Part shown: one piece after another, positions 11,720 through 26,148 of the stretch | How the letters are laid out: the number at the start of each line of letters is the position of its first letter | How positions within the stretch are numbered: the first letter of the stretch is position 1 | Assembly (NCBI GenBank): GCA_964247055.1 | Contig: OZ176055.1 | Location: forward strand, 8,494,001 to 8,558,000 | Length of the DNA stretch: 64,000 nt | Direction: 5' to 3' | Source: Paragordius varius | Lineage: Eukaryota; Animalia; Nematomorpha | The notes under the pieces: model-generated | The model's database searches: none | What the model was told of the DNA's origin: nothing | Seen by the model: the letters and a program-made list of their open reading frames with translations, nothing else | Position numbers and translations under genes: made by a program

Positions 11720-14700
11720 ATGGATATTGCTACAGAAAAATTGCAACCTGTCAAAATTTATGGATATAGATTAAATTACTGTAAAACTATTTTAGTTATC
11801 TTGTCAATTCTGTTTTCATGTGGGATTTTTGGAATGGTTTTATTCTGGAAACGTATATGGGCTTTAAAAATGACGCATTCCAAATGTTCTTATCAAAAAT
11901 GTACCCGGGTATTGGTTATTGATGAATATGGAATCGAATATGTGGAAAAGATAGTGGATTTGGAAGAAGGTGATTACGAAATTATTGAAAGCTTTGGTCA
12001 CTTACGGAGAGTTTCAAAACTGAAATTGTTTTGCAATAAACGATGTGTTTATTTATACATAAATAACGACGAGAGCAAGGGAAAATTTATCAAAAGCGTT
12101 GATTGGTTAAACCATGGGTTTTGTCTTTCTTTCATATCTAATGCATTAACCCAAAACACATCCTGTTCCATTTCAAAAAACGATTCCTTACTTGACTATG
12201 ATAAAATTCGTAAAAATCGTCAATTAATATTTGGTTTAAATACATTGTATATCCCGGTCCCTGGATTTTTTGAGATTATGTTTAAAGAAGTGCTGACACC
12301 TTTTTATGCCTTCCAGGCTTTTAGCGTCATTTTATGGTAAGATTTTAGTTTTGTAATTTAACATTATTTAGGCATTTATATAATAATAAATTTGGCTAAG
12401 ATTTGAGAAATTCATTTAATTTTAATTTATAAATTTTATATTTCATTTTGTATTTAATTATATAGCCATTTAATTATGCAAATAATAAATTCTACAATTT
12501 TTATAGGTATAATGATGATTATTGGTTTTATGCAACTTGTATTCTCCTAATATCTATAATTACACTCATAAAATCAACTTATGATATTCGATCAGATCGG
12601 AAAAAATTAAATCGAAACTTGACCATAGACTTGAATCATAGCCCATCAAAGGTTATTTTTATACATTTAGTTTGAAAATTGTCACTTAAATCAAAATTAG
12701 GGTAACTAACCGCTACCTACAGGATTTTTAATTGCTATTATTAAAATGCTAAATGCGCTTTTAATTTAAAATGCTTACAAAATATAAATAAATTTTACTT
12801 TAAAACTTTATATCAAACTATTTCGCCATCCAATTTTTTTTAAAAATATTTTGATACCATGTACATTAAGGCCAAAATTTTAGCCAATATTTTGGACAAT
12901 AAAATAACAGATAAAAAATGATTTGTTTAGCAATATATTTTTTAATATAATACCTTTTTTAAAATTACTAAAATTTTGCCTTAAGGTCACAAACCGTAAA
13001 ATAAGTATTTTTGAAGCATTAATTTAAAATAAATACCACTTTTTAATATAGTTTATTCCATATTTTAAAAAGACATGATTTCTATTTAACTGTTAAAAAT
13101 AAACCTGATTAAACTGAACATATAAAAAGATGACAGCAGTATCTATATTAGATAAATACCTAGAAGACATTAGATTATTAAATTTTAAGTGTGTGTGTTT
13201 TGTAAGGCAGCTAGCTAGCTAGCTTGGCAAATATTTAAAATTAGGCATCTGATTTTTAAACGTTAAACAAACAAGCGTTTATCAGATATTGATAATAATA
13301 TTAACATACATCATTTTTAAAACTGCTAAAAATAAAATTGAAAAAAAAATTATTTTACTCTAAAAGGGATATAAAGGTAAAATATCTAAGAGCGGTATTC
13401 AACTTTTCTTAGTATATCGAAATTTTTAACACGATGAATCTCTATGATTCCTATATGATTTAATTATTAATTCAAACATTTGCCATTAGAAAAGCTCCAC
13501 ACCGCCGCACTGTAACGAAGGTATGGTTACGGTTGAAAGGAGAATACCATGTGGCAATGATAATAATGTGCCTTATTACTCTTCATCTTGTTGTTATGAT
13601 ATACCTGTGACAGATTTGGTCCCTGGCGATATAATACGCCTTTCCGCTCAACTCATAATCGATGCGTCCGCTAAAACCGGAAACAATGTTGGAATTGAAT
13701 GCCCTTGTGATGCTTTAGTCCTTGAAGGGGCGGCCGTAATCAATGAATGCTTGCTTACGGGGGAGAGTGTGCCCGTTTCTAAAAGCCCTTATAGACTCCG
13801 GGAAAATCAAACAACGTCATCAACATATAATTGTCGAAAAAATCACAACAGAGATAATAATTGTATATATCAAACTAATGCATCAGAAAACCATGATGAT
13901 TGTGATGAAAAACTGTTTTTTTACACCGATCATATGTTGGCACAACATTTCTTGTTTTGTGGAACGAAAATTTTACAAATAAAGTTATTTTTCTTTTCTT
14001 TCTTTCCTTAATGTTGTATATGTAATTTATTATCTTCTCATGTTTTATTCCAAAATCGTCATAAACATATTATATCTCGCCTTTTTTGATGTTACAGATG
14101 TTGGCAACATTTTTGGATTTTGTATTGTTTTAATGATATGATAACTTAATCCCTTTAACATAGACATATTTATTTCACAGTTTTTAAATTAAATTTAGAA
14201 TAATATGTACAAAACTAAAAGACAAATATTTTTTAGATTACTTTTTTGATTTTTACAATTGATGTATTACCAATTTACATCTATATTATATGTTTTGGTC
14301 CCCAAAACGATGAGTTATAATTAAAAAAATCTAGGTTTTCTAAGCGCATGGCTCCACCCCTTTTAAAAAATATTTGTCGCTTTAATTTTTACATTTTATC
14401 CTAAATTTTTAAACGTTGTATATATGATTGCTTTTAGAAAAGACGAAAATTTTTATAATGCCCCTACAGACACTATAATTCCAACCAACGATAATAATTG
14501 TTCGCTAAGTGATGAAGAACCCCCTTACATTCGTGCCTATGTAGTCGCCACAGGTTTTAACACATTCAAAGGCAAGATGGTTTTAGGGTTTTTATACCCG
14601 GCTCCTAGTCTTTTCCGATTTGATCAGGATGCCTTCAAATTTATAGCGGCCCTGTTTGGAATCGCTGCGATTGGTTTTACATATTCCGTCGTTCTTAAAG

Positions 14701-17700
14701 TATGACAGCATTTTGCTTATTATTTGCTAGATAATAGGATAAATTTCCAGTAAAATTGGGTTAGGACCCTATATAACCAAAGTTGTGATAAAATTCATAT
14801 AAACTATATATTCATTTACATATGGTATGTTTTTCGATTAATACAGTTAAAACTAATATTATAAGGGTAAAACTTAGGTAAAAATCTCATTTTTTTAAGG
14901 ATATCGATAATGATAATTTTAAAGATTTTGACTTTTTTAACATAACCTATCATTTTGGGATATGGAATTGAGATGTAAATCGCTAACACTTTATATTAGA
15001 GTTATGTAGAAAGGAATAAAAACAATTTGTGTTTTTTTTTAATTTTTACTGTAATTTTTATCGTTATGAATTGGATTTTACAAAATGGGTATATCACATA
15101 CGAAAATTTTTAACAGCCATATAAATTTACGATGGATTGGGTACAAATTAAGGTTACATATATCTAACGTTTTGCTATACTTCCCAATAGTTTCACTCAA
15201 GAACGAAATTATTAAAAATATTTTAAGCATATATGTTTTTAATACAGTCATTTATCCTTTATTTTATCAAAAAAAATTTTTTAAAAGGGTATAAATATTT
15301 GGTAAAGAATGGAAAAAACAAGATCTCTATGGTATTAACAATATCATATTCATTAAAAAGTATAAGAATTACCATAAAGCTCTTGTTTTTTTCCATTCTT
15401 TACCAAAAATTTATACCCATTTAACGAAAATAAATAAATTTTTGATATACTAAAGGACTAACTTTAAAGCCAAAAACCATTGCTAAAATTAATTATTTTC
15501 ATTTCACTAGATTATTCAAGGTGTGGCCTTGCGTTCCATCATTATTCGTTCGTTAGATTTAATAGCTATCGTTGTACCTCCAGCCTTACCGGCCGCCATG
15601 ACGGCCGGTTTGATTTTTGCTCAAAAACGCATTAAACGAAATTACAAAGTGCTCACCCTTAGTCCTGAAAAGATTAATGTTTCAGGCGCTCTTGATGTTT
15701 TATGCTTTGATAAAACGGGTACCTTAACCAACGATGGTTTGGATATACTGGGAGCTTTACCTGTAATAAAATCAAGGCCTGAAAGCAAAAATAATGTAAT
15801 AACACAAAGTCAAACTTTAACAACTTCCACGCCTCAAACAACTACATCAGATGGGTCTATGGATACAAGTTTTTCGGATGATTTTATGCCAACCTCATCA
15901 CCTATCATGGTATATAACAAAATATTTTGCTATAAGTACTTGTAAAATTCATTTTTGAAATGCTTAATATTAAATTGAGTTAAAACTCAAAAGGTATTTG
16001 GAAACCTCGAATAGAATATAGCTATATTGTATTTACGAGTGCCAACAAACACAATATTAGTTTTCGATTATTATTCATCAATTTGACTGTATACAATAAA
16101 ACTTATCAGATTTTAATGGATTTGGGAAATAAATATTAATATATTTGGGTTATTTTGAATATATCTTCTAAATGTGACAAATCCATAATTTTAGCGTTGT
16201 ATTTTTTAAAAATGATTTATGTTTCGACGATAAATTGCACAAACACAATTTTTAACTAATGGGACTTCCAAAAATTTCCCTTCATATATTTTTTTACTGG
16301 ATAGAACACAACAACAGTGAATACACCACAGCAGCTTCGTATATCCAATTTGATGTTAACAACATTTGAAACTAGGAGGAATCAAGACGATGATGCCATA
16401 GAATTAGAAAAGTGTTGTGCAATGTGTCATTCCCTAAACATTTTGGGTGCTGGTTTGAATGGTGGTCTAGTTGGAGACCCGTTGGAAATTAAAATGTTTG
16501 ATTTTTCTCGATGGACCATGTGGAATGATCAAAATCATTATTCTTCAACTTTGCCTGATACTCTTGATACTTTCTCAGTGCTTCCAAAAGATCAACATAA
16601 TACCCCTTCTCCTACTACGATCAATTACACGGCTAAATTTCGTTACATTAATCAAGGGATGCCTATTTCAGCCGTTTTTTGTCCACCTCCTCTTCCCCCC
16701 TACTACTACCATAACAGTTTTAAAACTGATAACAATCAAAACGTAGAAACCATTAATACAATGGTACAACATCCAGAGTTGGAAAAAATCCTAGCTCAAG
16801 AACCACAAATCCTTGATTACTATGGATTAGTGCACATTTACCCATTCCTCCCTTCGTATCAACGTATGAGCGTTATAGTCCGTAAATTTTTGGGCCCACA
16901 TTTCGTGCTGTACACCAAAGGAGCCCCTGAAGTCATAATGAATCTATGTGTTAAAGAATCACTTCCAGCAAAGTTTGAATAAATTTAAATTTCTAGCTTA
17001 TCTTTCCAAATATTTATTTTATAATTTACAGTATGCATTTTAATGGTTGCTTATTTCACACATAGTAAAGCAATTTGCAACACACTAGTGTATGGGAAAA
17101 AAAACAACAAAATATTGAATAAACAATCATTTCCCTTCTTTTTTCCATACACTCATGTATTGCAAATAGCCTTACTATGGTGTGAAATAAGCAACCATTA
17201 ATATGCATACTGTATATCAAATTTAATAGTATTTATTATATGTAAGTCAAACTTTTAAGTGTTTCAAACGTAACTATTTTCTCATTATATAATTTTAGTT
17301 ACATGGAGAAATTGAATGAACTTACGGATGATGGGTGCCGCGTAATATCTTGTGCAATGAAAAATATGACAGATTTCAAACTTAGTGCACTGAATAAGCT
17401 TTCAAGAAAACAAGTATAATCACTACATTTTCTTCTAGCTTTTCTTAGTTTCTTAGTTATAATCTTTCATAATTAAATATACTTTTTTGCAATCCTACTA
17501 GTTTATGGGTTTATCAACAAAAACAATAAAAAAATTAAATATTTTCAATATAAAGTTAATATATTGCTAAAATTTTATATATTACTGAAACATAATTAAA
17601 TTTATCGAAGGCTAATAAAATCATTGTTAATTTCCTATCGTGAACTATTTATTTTGTAATTATGGATTAGGAGGGAGTCTCCGGTATATATACATACTTT

Positions 17701-20380
17701 AACCTGTTGAAATTTAATTAGGTTGAATGTGATTTAACGTTTGTGGGATTCCTTGTTTTCCAGAATAAACTTAAGGCAAGCAGTGGACCAACCATACAAA
17801 TTTTGAATAAGGCAGGCTTTAAGAATGTCATGATAACTGGGGATAATATGTTAACTGCATTATCCGTGGCGCGTGAATCATTTATACTTCCCTCTATGAA
17901 AGTATTTATGATTGAAACTCAATACGTTGATGTAGAATTACAGTCTGGCATTCAATGTATGGGATTACCTACACGCCTCCTCGTAATATGTTTGGTGGAA
18001 AAAGTGTTCACCAAACATTACACAGATCATGACCAAAATTTAGGTAGGTAGTTTTATCTAAAAATTTAACTATTTTACCCAAGGGTGTCTAACACAAATG
18101 GCTTGCTTTCCGGGTCACATTAAAATTAAAAAAAATTGATGGAAAATGGCCATTACTATTAGATAATTATAAGACAGTAAAATGCAAACATTACTTTCCC
18201 GTTAAAAATCTATCAATTTTACAAATATTTTGTGTGCATACTTTTGCAAATTTTTGGCTTAAATAATATATCAAACGTCTGATTTTAACTTTATACCTTT
18301 TATTCCCTTTTTAGATAATTGTGGAAAACAAAAAAACTATCAAACATTTTTGCGGCCAGAGGAGCTGGAAAGCGAGGATGATTGTTATGCTAAGCTATTG
18401 AAGTTTTTAAAGAAATCGTCGTACGTTGACAAAACCATAACTGATGCAATAACACAACAGAAATCAAAAGTGCGCATGTTTGATCCACACATTTTTTACA
18501 ATCGGATACGTCAATTTTTTTCACGGAAACATACTAATATACCCTTTTCTATTAGCTCCTCAGGGAATGATTCACTATGTCCTTCTTCAAACTCAGGAAA
18601 AAATACACCTATATCTAATTTTAATCAAACTATTATTGCAGATGTCGGGGATGATTATATCCCGACCTACAAAAATTTTTATGCCATGTCAGGTCCGTGT
18701 TTTGAAGTCTTGGATGAATACCAAAATTTGTTAGTTAATTTAAATTCACAAGATCACTCGATTATGTCGTTTGGAAACAATATGAACAAAAGTTTTGAAG
18801 ATAACCTTTGCCCATACATGTTTGCTAAAATACCAAGTATGAAGAAAACGCGTCCGTCCTCACCTCAAACCTTTTTTGCGACAAAAGGCGGTGATGACGC
18901 TCAGATCATATGTACAAATTTAGTTTTACCCAATGCCTTCCAAATCAAATTGGATATGGATCGTGGTAAAGTTTATATCTCTAATTCGGCAACTCAATCA
19001 CCCAAAACTAATTATACGAGTGACCTTATAAGTGATTGTTCAACCACCACTAACATCATGTTTCAAGCTATGGATACTAACCCTAAGGCAGATCCGCTAA
19101 ATATGTTATTGCTTGATGAATGTTGTGTATTTGCACGCATGACCCCTGAACTTAAGACACGTCTTGTGACGAAATATCAAGCGCTAGATTACTATGTTTG
19201 TATGTGTGGGGATGGGGCTAATGATTGTGGGGCACTTAAAGCAGCCCATGTCGGTGTATCCATAGTTACACCAAATAACACCACACCTTTGTCATCAAAA
19301 GGAAAAAACGACGATATCAAGTCTATTGTTGGACAGCAAAATGTCAGTGTCATTACTCAGGGATTCTCACGATTAATCAAATTTCCTAGGAAAATTTTTA
19401 GACGATCTCCTGCCGATAACACTGTAATCGAGGGAACGGCATCCCTTGCTGCCCCCTTTACAGCTACTAATGGGGATATAACATGCCTCCCTGGATTAAT
19501 ACGTGAGGGTCGGGCTTCGCTTTCAACTTCGTTCGGGTGCTTTAAGAATATGGCTTGTTACAGCCTGAATCAATTTGTCGCTTGCTTATCACTTTACTGG
19601 TTCATAACTAACTTTAGTGATGTTGAGTTTTCGTATGCCGATTTTTTTGCAGCTACACTAATACCCATGCTTATGGGTTATACCCAAGCTTACCCCCATC
19701 TAGCTACTAAATCATGTAATAACAAGGTTAAAAAATCAAAATCATCCATGATCGACAATAACAAAGAAGCAAACCAAATATACCAACGTGATATAAAGTT
19801 GAAACCGGATACATCCTTGGCCGATATTAGACACGTGGGATCTGTCATTGGTCACATCTTTATTAACGTTATTTTTATGATTACCGTGATTTTATATACT
19901 ATAAGACAACCATGGTGCCTTAAGGAGCCTAAACCTCCGATTGATCATAAAAATCCGTATTATACTCATTTAGTTACAGCAATCTTCATTTTAAGCGTGT
20001 ATCAGTATTTGATATTCACCATAGTATTTTCTAAGGGTAAACCGTTTCGCAAATCATATTTTACAAACTTACCCCAATTATTTATCACTATCGTACTAAT
20101 TTTGTTTACCATGTACCTTGCCATTGGATTACCTCATGACAAAAATAATGGTGTTTCGAAATTTTTCAAACTTTTATACCCTCCAAACATTACTTCCTCC
20201 ATATTTTATTTGATACTATGTCTAACAAATTTGATCATTGCATTGTTGTTTGAACGCATAATTTTGGATAAACTTCTCTCTAACTATTGCCGAAAGTATA
20301 GGAGAGATTTACTGTGTAGGCCAATTCAACCGCCCAAATATATAAGGTATCCATCTTTGTCGCAATATTTAGGCCTATAA
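11720..20380 (+). CDS. ATP13A: P5B-type P-type ATPase (ATP13A2-5 family, putative polyamine transporter), 9 exons
   Basis: Exons 11720-12336, 12507-12651, 13490-13983, 14438-14699, 15511-15909, 16305-16972, 17299-17413, 17722-18043, 18315-20380, all GT-AG and frame-consistent. Motifs: LTGESVPVSK, PPALP (P5B M4), DKTGTLT, GDPLE, KGAPE, MITGDN, FARM, MCGDGANDCGALKAAHVGVS. Confidence 0.95.
15243..15460. mobile_element. Tc1/mariner-type hairpin MITE (family with ~34800-34998 and 42957-43179)
   Basis: TA|CAGTCA left end and palindromic core GGGTATAAATATTTGGTAAAGAATGG...CCATTCTTTACCAAAAATTTATACCC; lies in an ATPase intron. Confidence 0.7.
17027..17214. mobile_element. Palindromic MITE, TA|CAGT...ACTG|TA
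   Basis: Long inverted arms TACAGTATGCATTTAATGGTTGCTTATTTCACAC and GTGTGAAATAAGCAACCATTAATATGCATACTGTA with TA flanks; intronic. Confidence 0.8.
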
Positions 20381-21039
20381 TAGCCGTTAAAATTTGGATA
20401 TACATTCCTATCATCCCTTCTAATCGTTTTTTTTATTTTAAAATCATTTTTCTAATTAATTTTGGTATTATTATGATTATATATTTATGAAATAATTGAA
20501 AGAAATATGCAATTGTTACTTAATATTTATTAGTTTAATAAATAATTTTGACTACAATATCTTTGATTGCATACATTCTCGCATTTTAAGGCGTTAAACC
20601 TTTAACTTTGAATTATATGTTCATTTTAATGGAAACACGTGATATGAGTTAAAAGGAAAAAAAGATAATATCCTATTGATAAGCTTATAGGGGTAAAAAG
20701 ATACATATATTGTTTTGATATTTACCATAAAAATAAGCTGTTTTTATTAATTGGGAAAATGTTTTTATTGACTGAAACAGTGTTTTAATTGACCAGCAAA
20801 TCGTTACGAATGATTGGGATATTGTATACCATTTGCCCTTCAAAATAATTCCAAAGCTATTTAAAATTTACTGTCGCACATCAAAGTTATCCTTTAACGT
20901 ATAATAGCCGAAGCCATAAAAAACTTTTCTAAATATATTATTTATATAAAATGTTTAAAAATAATTCATTGGCAAAACGGTTTTGAGAAAAAGCCTTTTT
21001 CCACAAAAACTGTTTCTGATATATCCCTGTATCAACATA

Positions 21040-22110
21040 AACCGCTTTAGGCATCATTGATGGTAATACAAAACTTTAAACACTAACGTACCCTAATACC
21101 AGGTGTAGTCATGATAAAAGGACAAGTAATTTTGGGAAATGTCTATCGGCTTCTGCACATTTTGCTCTTCTCTTATGTAGTATATGAATGAAATGCCCTG
21201 AGTATTTTGCGGCCAACCCTTCTTTAAGCCATTTTTCAACGTCTTTGAAATTATTATATTGCTGTTCCGTGAGAGTGGGAGCCCCATTGATGCGAATTGA
21301 TCAGATGGCGACAGATCATGAGAGTTCAACGGATATAAAGGAATTCCATCAAAGCGATTTCAAATTGTCTGATTTTGTGTGACACGGTGCCTGGCCTTTT
21401 CAGATCGTTTTTCGTTTAATTCTTGGTTTTAAAATAATCATTTGTTGACGATGGGGTTTAATATTAACGGTTTCACCGGATTATAATAATATCGCTCTGG
21501 TCCAACCAGACACAAAGCATGGTTTTCTTGTTGAAGCGATTTAACTTTGGTGTTGATAGGCCGGCTTGATAAGGTAAAAGCCATAATTCCGCTTTGGATT
21601 CATAAAAAGCCATCTCACATCGCCATTTACAAAATGCTAATATAGATAGATTCCTTTCATGACGTTAATAGAGGATTTCATAAATCGCTTTCATTTTAAA
21701 TTTCCCTTTCTTTCAGAATGTGCAAGGCCTATTTACCGAGTTAATATCTATTTCCTATACTCGTAGACGTCTACAGATTGTTTTTTGTCTAACAAATAAT
21801 GATTTTCTGCTGATCGCGGTGGAATTTCAATTGGTCATCATCCACTAACTCTTTATCGTCTCAGGTGTGGTCTAGCCCTCAGACTCTTTCACGGATATCG
21901 TAACTTTTTTCACAATCAGTTTCACATGTGTTAATCGATAGAATATGTTCTCCATCAGCCTTTTTCTTCCGATAACATAATCACAGCAATGCGTGTCGCA
22001 AATGCTCTTTGGCACAAATCAAATATGATTACTGAATGATTTTTATTGGAATACAAGGTGTAATCATAAGCCATTACCATTTTAAATTAGAAAAACCGGC
22101 GAAAAGTATA
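21040..22110 (-). mobile_element. Degenerate mariner (DD34D-type) transposase remnant
   Basis: Minus-strand fragments HLRHALL..., WLDQSDIII (WWDQ-like), ENDLKRPG and SHDLSPSDQFASMG (YSPDLAPSDY..FASM-like), broken by stops and frameshifts. Boundaries approximate. Confidence 0.75.
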
Positions 22111-22753
22111 CAGACGTTCGATTTGATAAAAATTTATTAGGTTCGTGTGACATTAAAATACAAAAGTACACAAGATAAGGCAGCTAAAAGTTTGCGTCTT
22201 ACTAAAATAAACAAAAATAGCGCCAAAATTGCTGATTTAACCATTACTATATACAAAAAATACCGAATGCACTCTTGATGCGGTATCTAACTTCAAAATT
22301 TTACTAAATCTAACATAGGCGATATTTTAATAATACTAGATTCTACCACGGCTTTTTGCGTTAAATTTGACAAAGGCATATTCTTAAATTAGGTTTTGGA
22401 AAACACAAATCTTTTCAAGATATTTTTAAATAACGCTAACGCAATTAGTCAAGCTGTATTTATTTATTTATTCCAAAACTAGTAAATAGCTATAGAAATT
22501 ATATAAAGTCTAACATTTAAGTGGTGCCAAACCGTTGATACAAAATACAGTAATACGAAGCAGCCTAGTTAAAATTTTGCAACTGAGTCAAATAGAAACT
22601 TCTCTATAGTTAGGAATGAGCGTTTAACAAATAAGTCACGTAACGAAATAAAAAAAAAGTATGCTATCAATTTATTAATAATTTCGTATAAGAAATTTTA
22701 ATTAAAATATATGGATTCTATTTAATGACTATTCTAATAATATATTAATAAAA

Positions 22754-23314
22754 CTAATTTTTTTCTATCGGGATTTCATTGGATAACTTCTTTACATCTT
22801 CGGTAGCTTTTTTGAAGGGCGCTTCAAGGGACAATACGCCATTATCTTCCAATTTGGATTTCACTTGATCGGCTTCAATATTTTCAGGTAACGTAAATTC
22901 CCTGTGAAATTCTCTATAAATAGATCCCTTTTCTGTTCGATCATGGGATTTTGCTGATATAGCTAAAGTTGAACCATCCAATCTAATTTTGATGTCCTGC
23001 GGTTTAAAATTTGTCATATCAAAAGACATTTTAATTTTTTTGTTTCCGTCTTTATCAACAAACGTGTGTTCACTCTCAAGCGATTTATTTGTTGAAGGAT
23101 TAAACAAAGACATTGATTTATCGTTTGTACGCGATGGCAATGCACTATTTGAAGATTGATGTTCCCAAGCATTTAACATATCTCGATTCCATCTCCTAAA
23201 TTCATCTTCAAAACGCCTTAACTCTCGTTCTAACGTTTCAAAAGGATTACGTGGACCCCAGAAAAAATTCCGACGAGTTAGTTTTATCCCAGTAACAAGG
23301 AGATTTTTGAACAT
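22754..23314 (-). CDS. Small heat-shock protein (HSP20/alpha-crystallin domain), intronless
   Basis: 186-aa ORF; C-terminal ACD KMSFDMTNFKPQDIKIRLDGSTLAISAK...YREFHREFTLPENIEADQVKSKLEDNGVLSLEAP; terminal IPI (IxI) motif. Confidence 0.93.
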   Translation of the reverse strand: MFKNLLVTGIKLTRRNFFWGPRNPFETLERELRRFEDEFRRWNRDMLNAWEHQSSNSALPSRTNDKSMSLFNPSTNKSLESEHTFVDKDGNKKIKMSFDMTNFKPQDIKIRLDGSTLAISAKSHDRTEKGSIYREFHREFTLPENIEADQVKSKLEDNGVLSLEAPFKKATEDVKKLSNEIPIEKN

Positions 23315-23541
23315 GCCAAAATAAATATTTAAAATGTATGTATGAAGACAATATGAACTATTCTAAAATGATCATTGCCAAGTGTTACAATAAAAAAAAT
23401 ATAATTTTCAAAAGAATATTTTGATACCAAGATTAAAATCTTTTTAATATTATATAATATATATTTATATATAAAGGTTATATATTGAACTAATTAATAT
23501 CCCAAAGATAAATTCGTAAAAAATCAAAACAATGTTTTTTG

Positions 23542-23544
<3 letters not shown>

Positions 23545-23593
<49 letters not shown>
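23545..23593. repeat. (TA)n microsatellite
   Basis: Pure TA run; similar runs at ~26095-26144, ~29947-29991, ~30341-30379, ~36461-36510 and ~61478-61514. Confidence 0.95.
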
Positions 23594-23598
<5 letters not shown>

Positions 23599-23860
23599 TT
23601 ACACAATAAACTACACAATAGGATCAAATAGCTTTATTTCAAATTTATTCAGGCCATAAAATACAATATAGGCCAATATGCTACGAACTGTTGATATAAA
23701 GTGATTAAGCATCAAATATTATCCGTCACATTTAAAAGTATCCAAAGTTAATTAACAAATAACACAGTGCAAATATAATACTGTGAAGTGTCCACAAAAA
23801 TAATGTAATATATATCTAATCAGTGTCTACAAAATATAAGCTGATGAAATATACATATTT

Positions 23861-24893
23861 TGATAGGAAAATGTATCAGGATAATTATGTTGCGTTTAGT
23901 TTGGGCTCTTACGGGTGAACTAAAAAAGTTTTTTACACTTTCCTGTTAATTCCTTCATATCAGAAAATGACAAAATTTGAGCACATTTTTTAATAAAGAT
24001 TTTTTTGGTAAAAGCTAGAAGCTTCTTTTCAAAAAGTATCTATAAAATATATCATAAACTAAAAAAGCAAAACAATGTTTTTAAATAATTTCAACTTTTA
24101 AATGTGTGGTGTGATAATCCAAATTTTTATCGATCTTATAAAGGTATATTCTCTTAAAAACGTAAAATGTCAGGATTGCGCGATAGAGTTTCTAAATTAA
24201 TATAAATTTTGAAAAAAAATATTTTTTAAAATATGCAAACTTTTTGAAAATTTAATCCCTAGCAAAATTTTGTTAAAGCTTACTCCATTTTATTTTAAGT
24301 TATGATAGAAACGGTTTAAAAACGCTTTAAATTTATTAAAAACTACTTTTAACATCAATTATAAGACGAAAAATATTACAATTAAAATTTCGAGGTGCGA
24401 GAAATGTTCAGCATCATTGAGATATATGGAAAAGGTAATTTTATAACATTTTAAAGTTTTTTTAACCATTTCCATAATGACTCAAAATGGTAAGTGCCCT
24501 TTCACTATATTTTGCTAAAAATTATATTTGAAAACTTTTTTTGATAAATATTTTTAGTTTATATCAAAATTTGGCCTATATTTAAAATATTTATCGCATT
24601 ATCTCGGCTTTTTTGATTTATTTAAAAACTAGCCCATTTTAGGAGGGCGAAAAAATTTGGGACTTTTGGATTTACCATTTAAAAAATAAGTTAATTAAAA
24701 ATACATTTTGCTCTTTATTGGTAGTTTATTATATGTTTTAGTGATATTTTTGGAATTAAGCATTTAGCTTTCATAAAAAATTTTATTAACAAAAATGTGC
24801 TCAAATTTTGCCATTTACTGATATGTTATCACAAAAGTGTAAATAACTTTCTGGCCAAAATCAACATGAAAATTCTGATACATTTTCCTATCA
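23861..24893. mobile_element. ~1-kb inverted-repeat non-autonomous DNA element
   Basis: 19-bp IR TGATAGGAAAATGTATCAG (23861-23879) and CTGATACATTTTCCTATCA (24875-24893) with further internal inverted similarity; related partial copy at ~62640-63320. Confidence 0.65.
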
Positions 24894-26093
24894 TGTATTT
24901 TTTTCCCTACCACTCCTTCTCCCGATCTTGGATACAGATAATTGAAATTTAGAATTATCAAAATGCTTTTTTAAATTGGTGTATATATTTTTATGGTCAT
25001 TGATCCAAATCGAAAAAGTACAAAATTAGGGTGCATTGTGCCAAAAAAAAATTTTTTGGTGAAAAATATTCTTTCTTTCTAAAAATATTGAAAGGGGCTT
25101 TCTTTATTTTATTAAGCGCATGTTCTATAGTTTTAAAAATTTAATAGTAAAAAGAATCTCAATCTTAAACTTTTGCACCAGCATTATTTTACTTTGGAAT
25201 ATAATTGCTAATACAACAGGTATATAAATGTTTAGTATGGTTAAAATATGTATAACTAACTTTTATAAGTTTTATTACATTTGGCTCGACATATTTTGAT
25301 ATATATTGATTTGCACTTTTTGTTTTCGTGTATTGAAACTAAATAAATGCTAAAAATATAAAATTATCAAATACAGGACAGCATGTTTAATAATTAATTT
25401 TTAACTAAATAAACCTTCAAAACAATAGACAAGTTTAGCTCTAGGGCAAACGACCCCAAAATGTAATCGTTCCCAATAAAATAAAAAGTTGATGAAGTGT
25501 TAAATGTTATAAAATTTTTATTTTTTAGGTGTATCCGATAGTCTTTTTTGGCCCTCTTTGATAGTTTTCAAAAAATCAACGGAAATGCCCATATTTTTTG
25601 ATATTATATGACTATGATATTAAAAAATATTTTACAAAGAATGCCTTTGTTTAAAAATTTAATTTAAAATAATTGGTGCAATGATGCTGAACACTTTATC
25701 AGCTCAATGTTATGATTTAAAGATGTTTTTGACTTTAAATTATAAATGAATTATTGTGAAAAACACAACTTATGTTTTACTTAAATTTAAGGTAAAACTT
25801 GTCTTACGTTCTAAAAATTTATATCCTATAAATATGCGAAAATGTTAAAATCATTTAGCTATGATTATATTGCTGTATATCTTTTTAAGTTTGTAACACA
25901 CTCCAAACTTTTTTATCTAAGCTCAGCATTGTTTAGCCCTAACCCACAGTTTAGAAATTTTACCGTCAAATATAACAGAGAATACCTAATATGTTTCAAG
26001 GATTGTATAGCTGTATCAAAAATCCCATATTAATTATTTTTATAAAATTGGTAACGTATTACACGATGGGCCACTGATATAAAGAATAATTAC

Positions 26094-26148
<55 letters not shown>

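Noticed and set aside
13743-18734. Alternative-frame ORFs overlapping the ATPase exons (13743-13982, 16471-16746, 18480-18734), and antisense/shadow ORFs over the F-box, LNPK, LINE, hemicentin and oxidase exons
   Set aside because: Shadow ORFs expected from codon bias in real exons; no independent motifs.
23315-23520. Heat-shock elements upstream of the sHSP gene
   Set aside because: GAA/TTC triplets are present but with 3-4 nt spacing rather than canonical nGAAnnTTCn arrays; not supportable.
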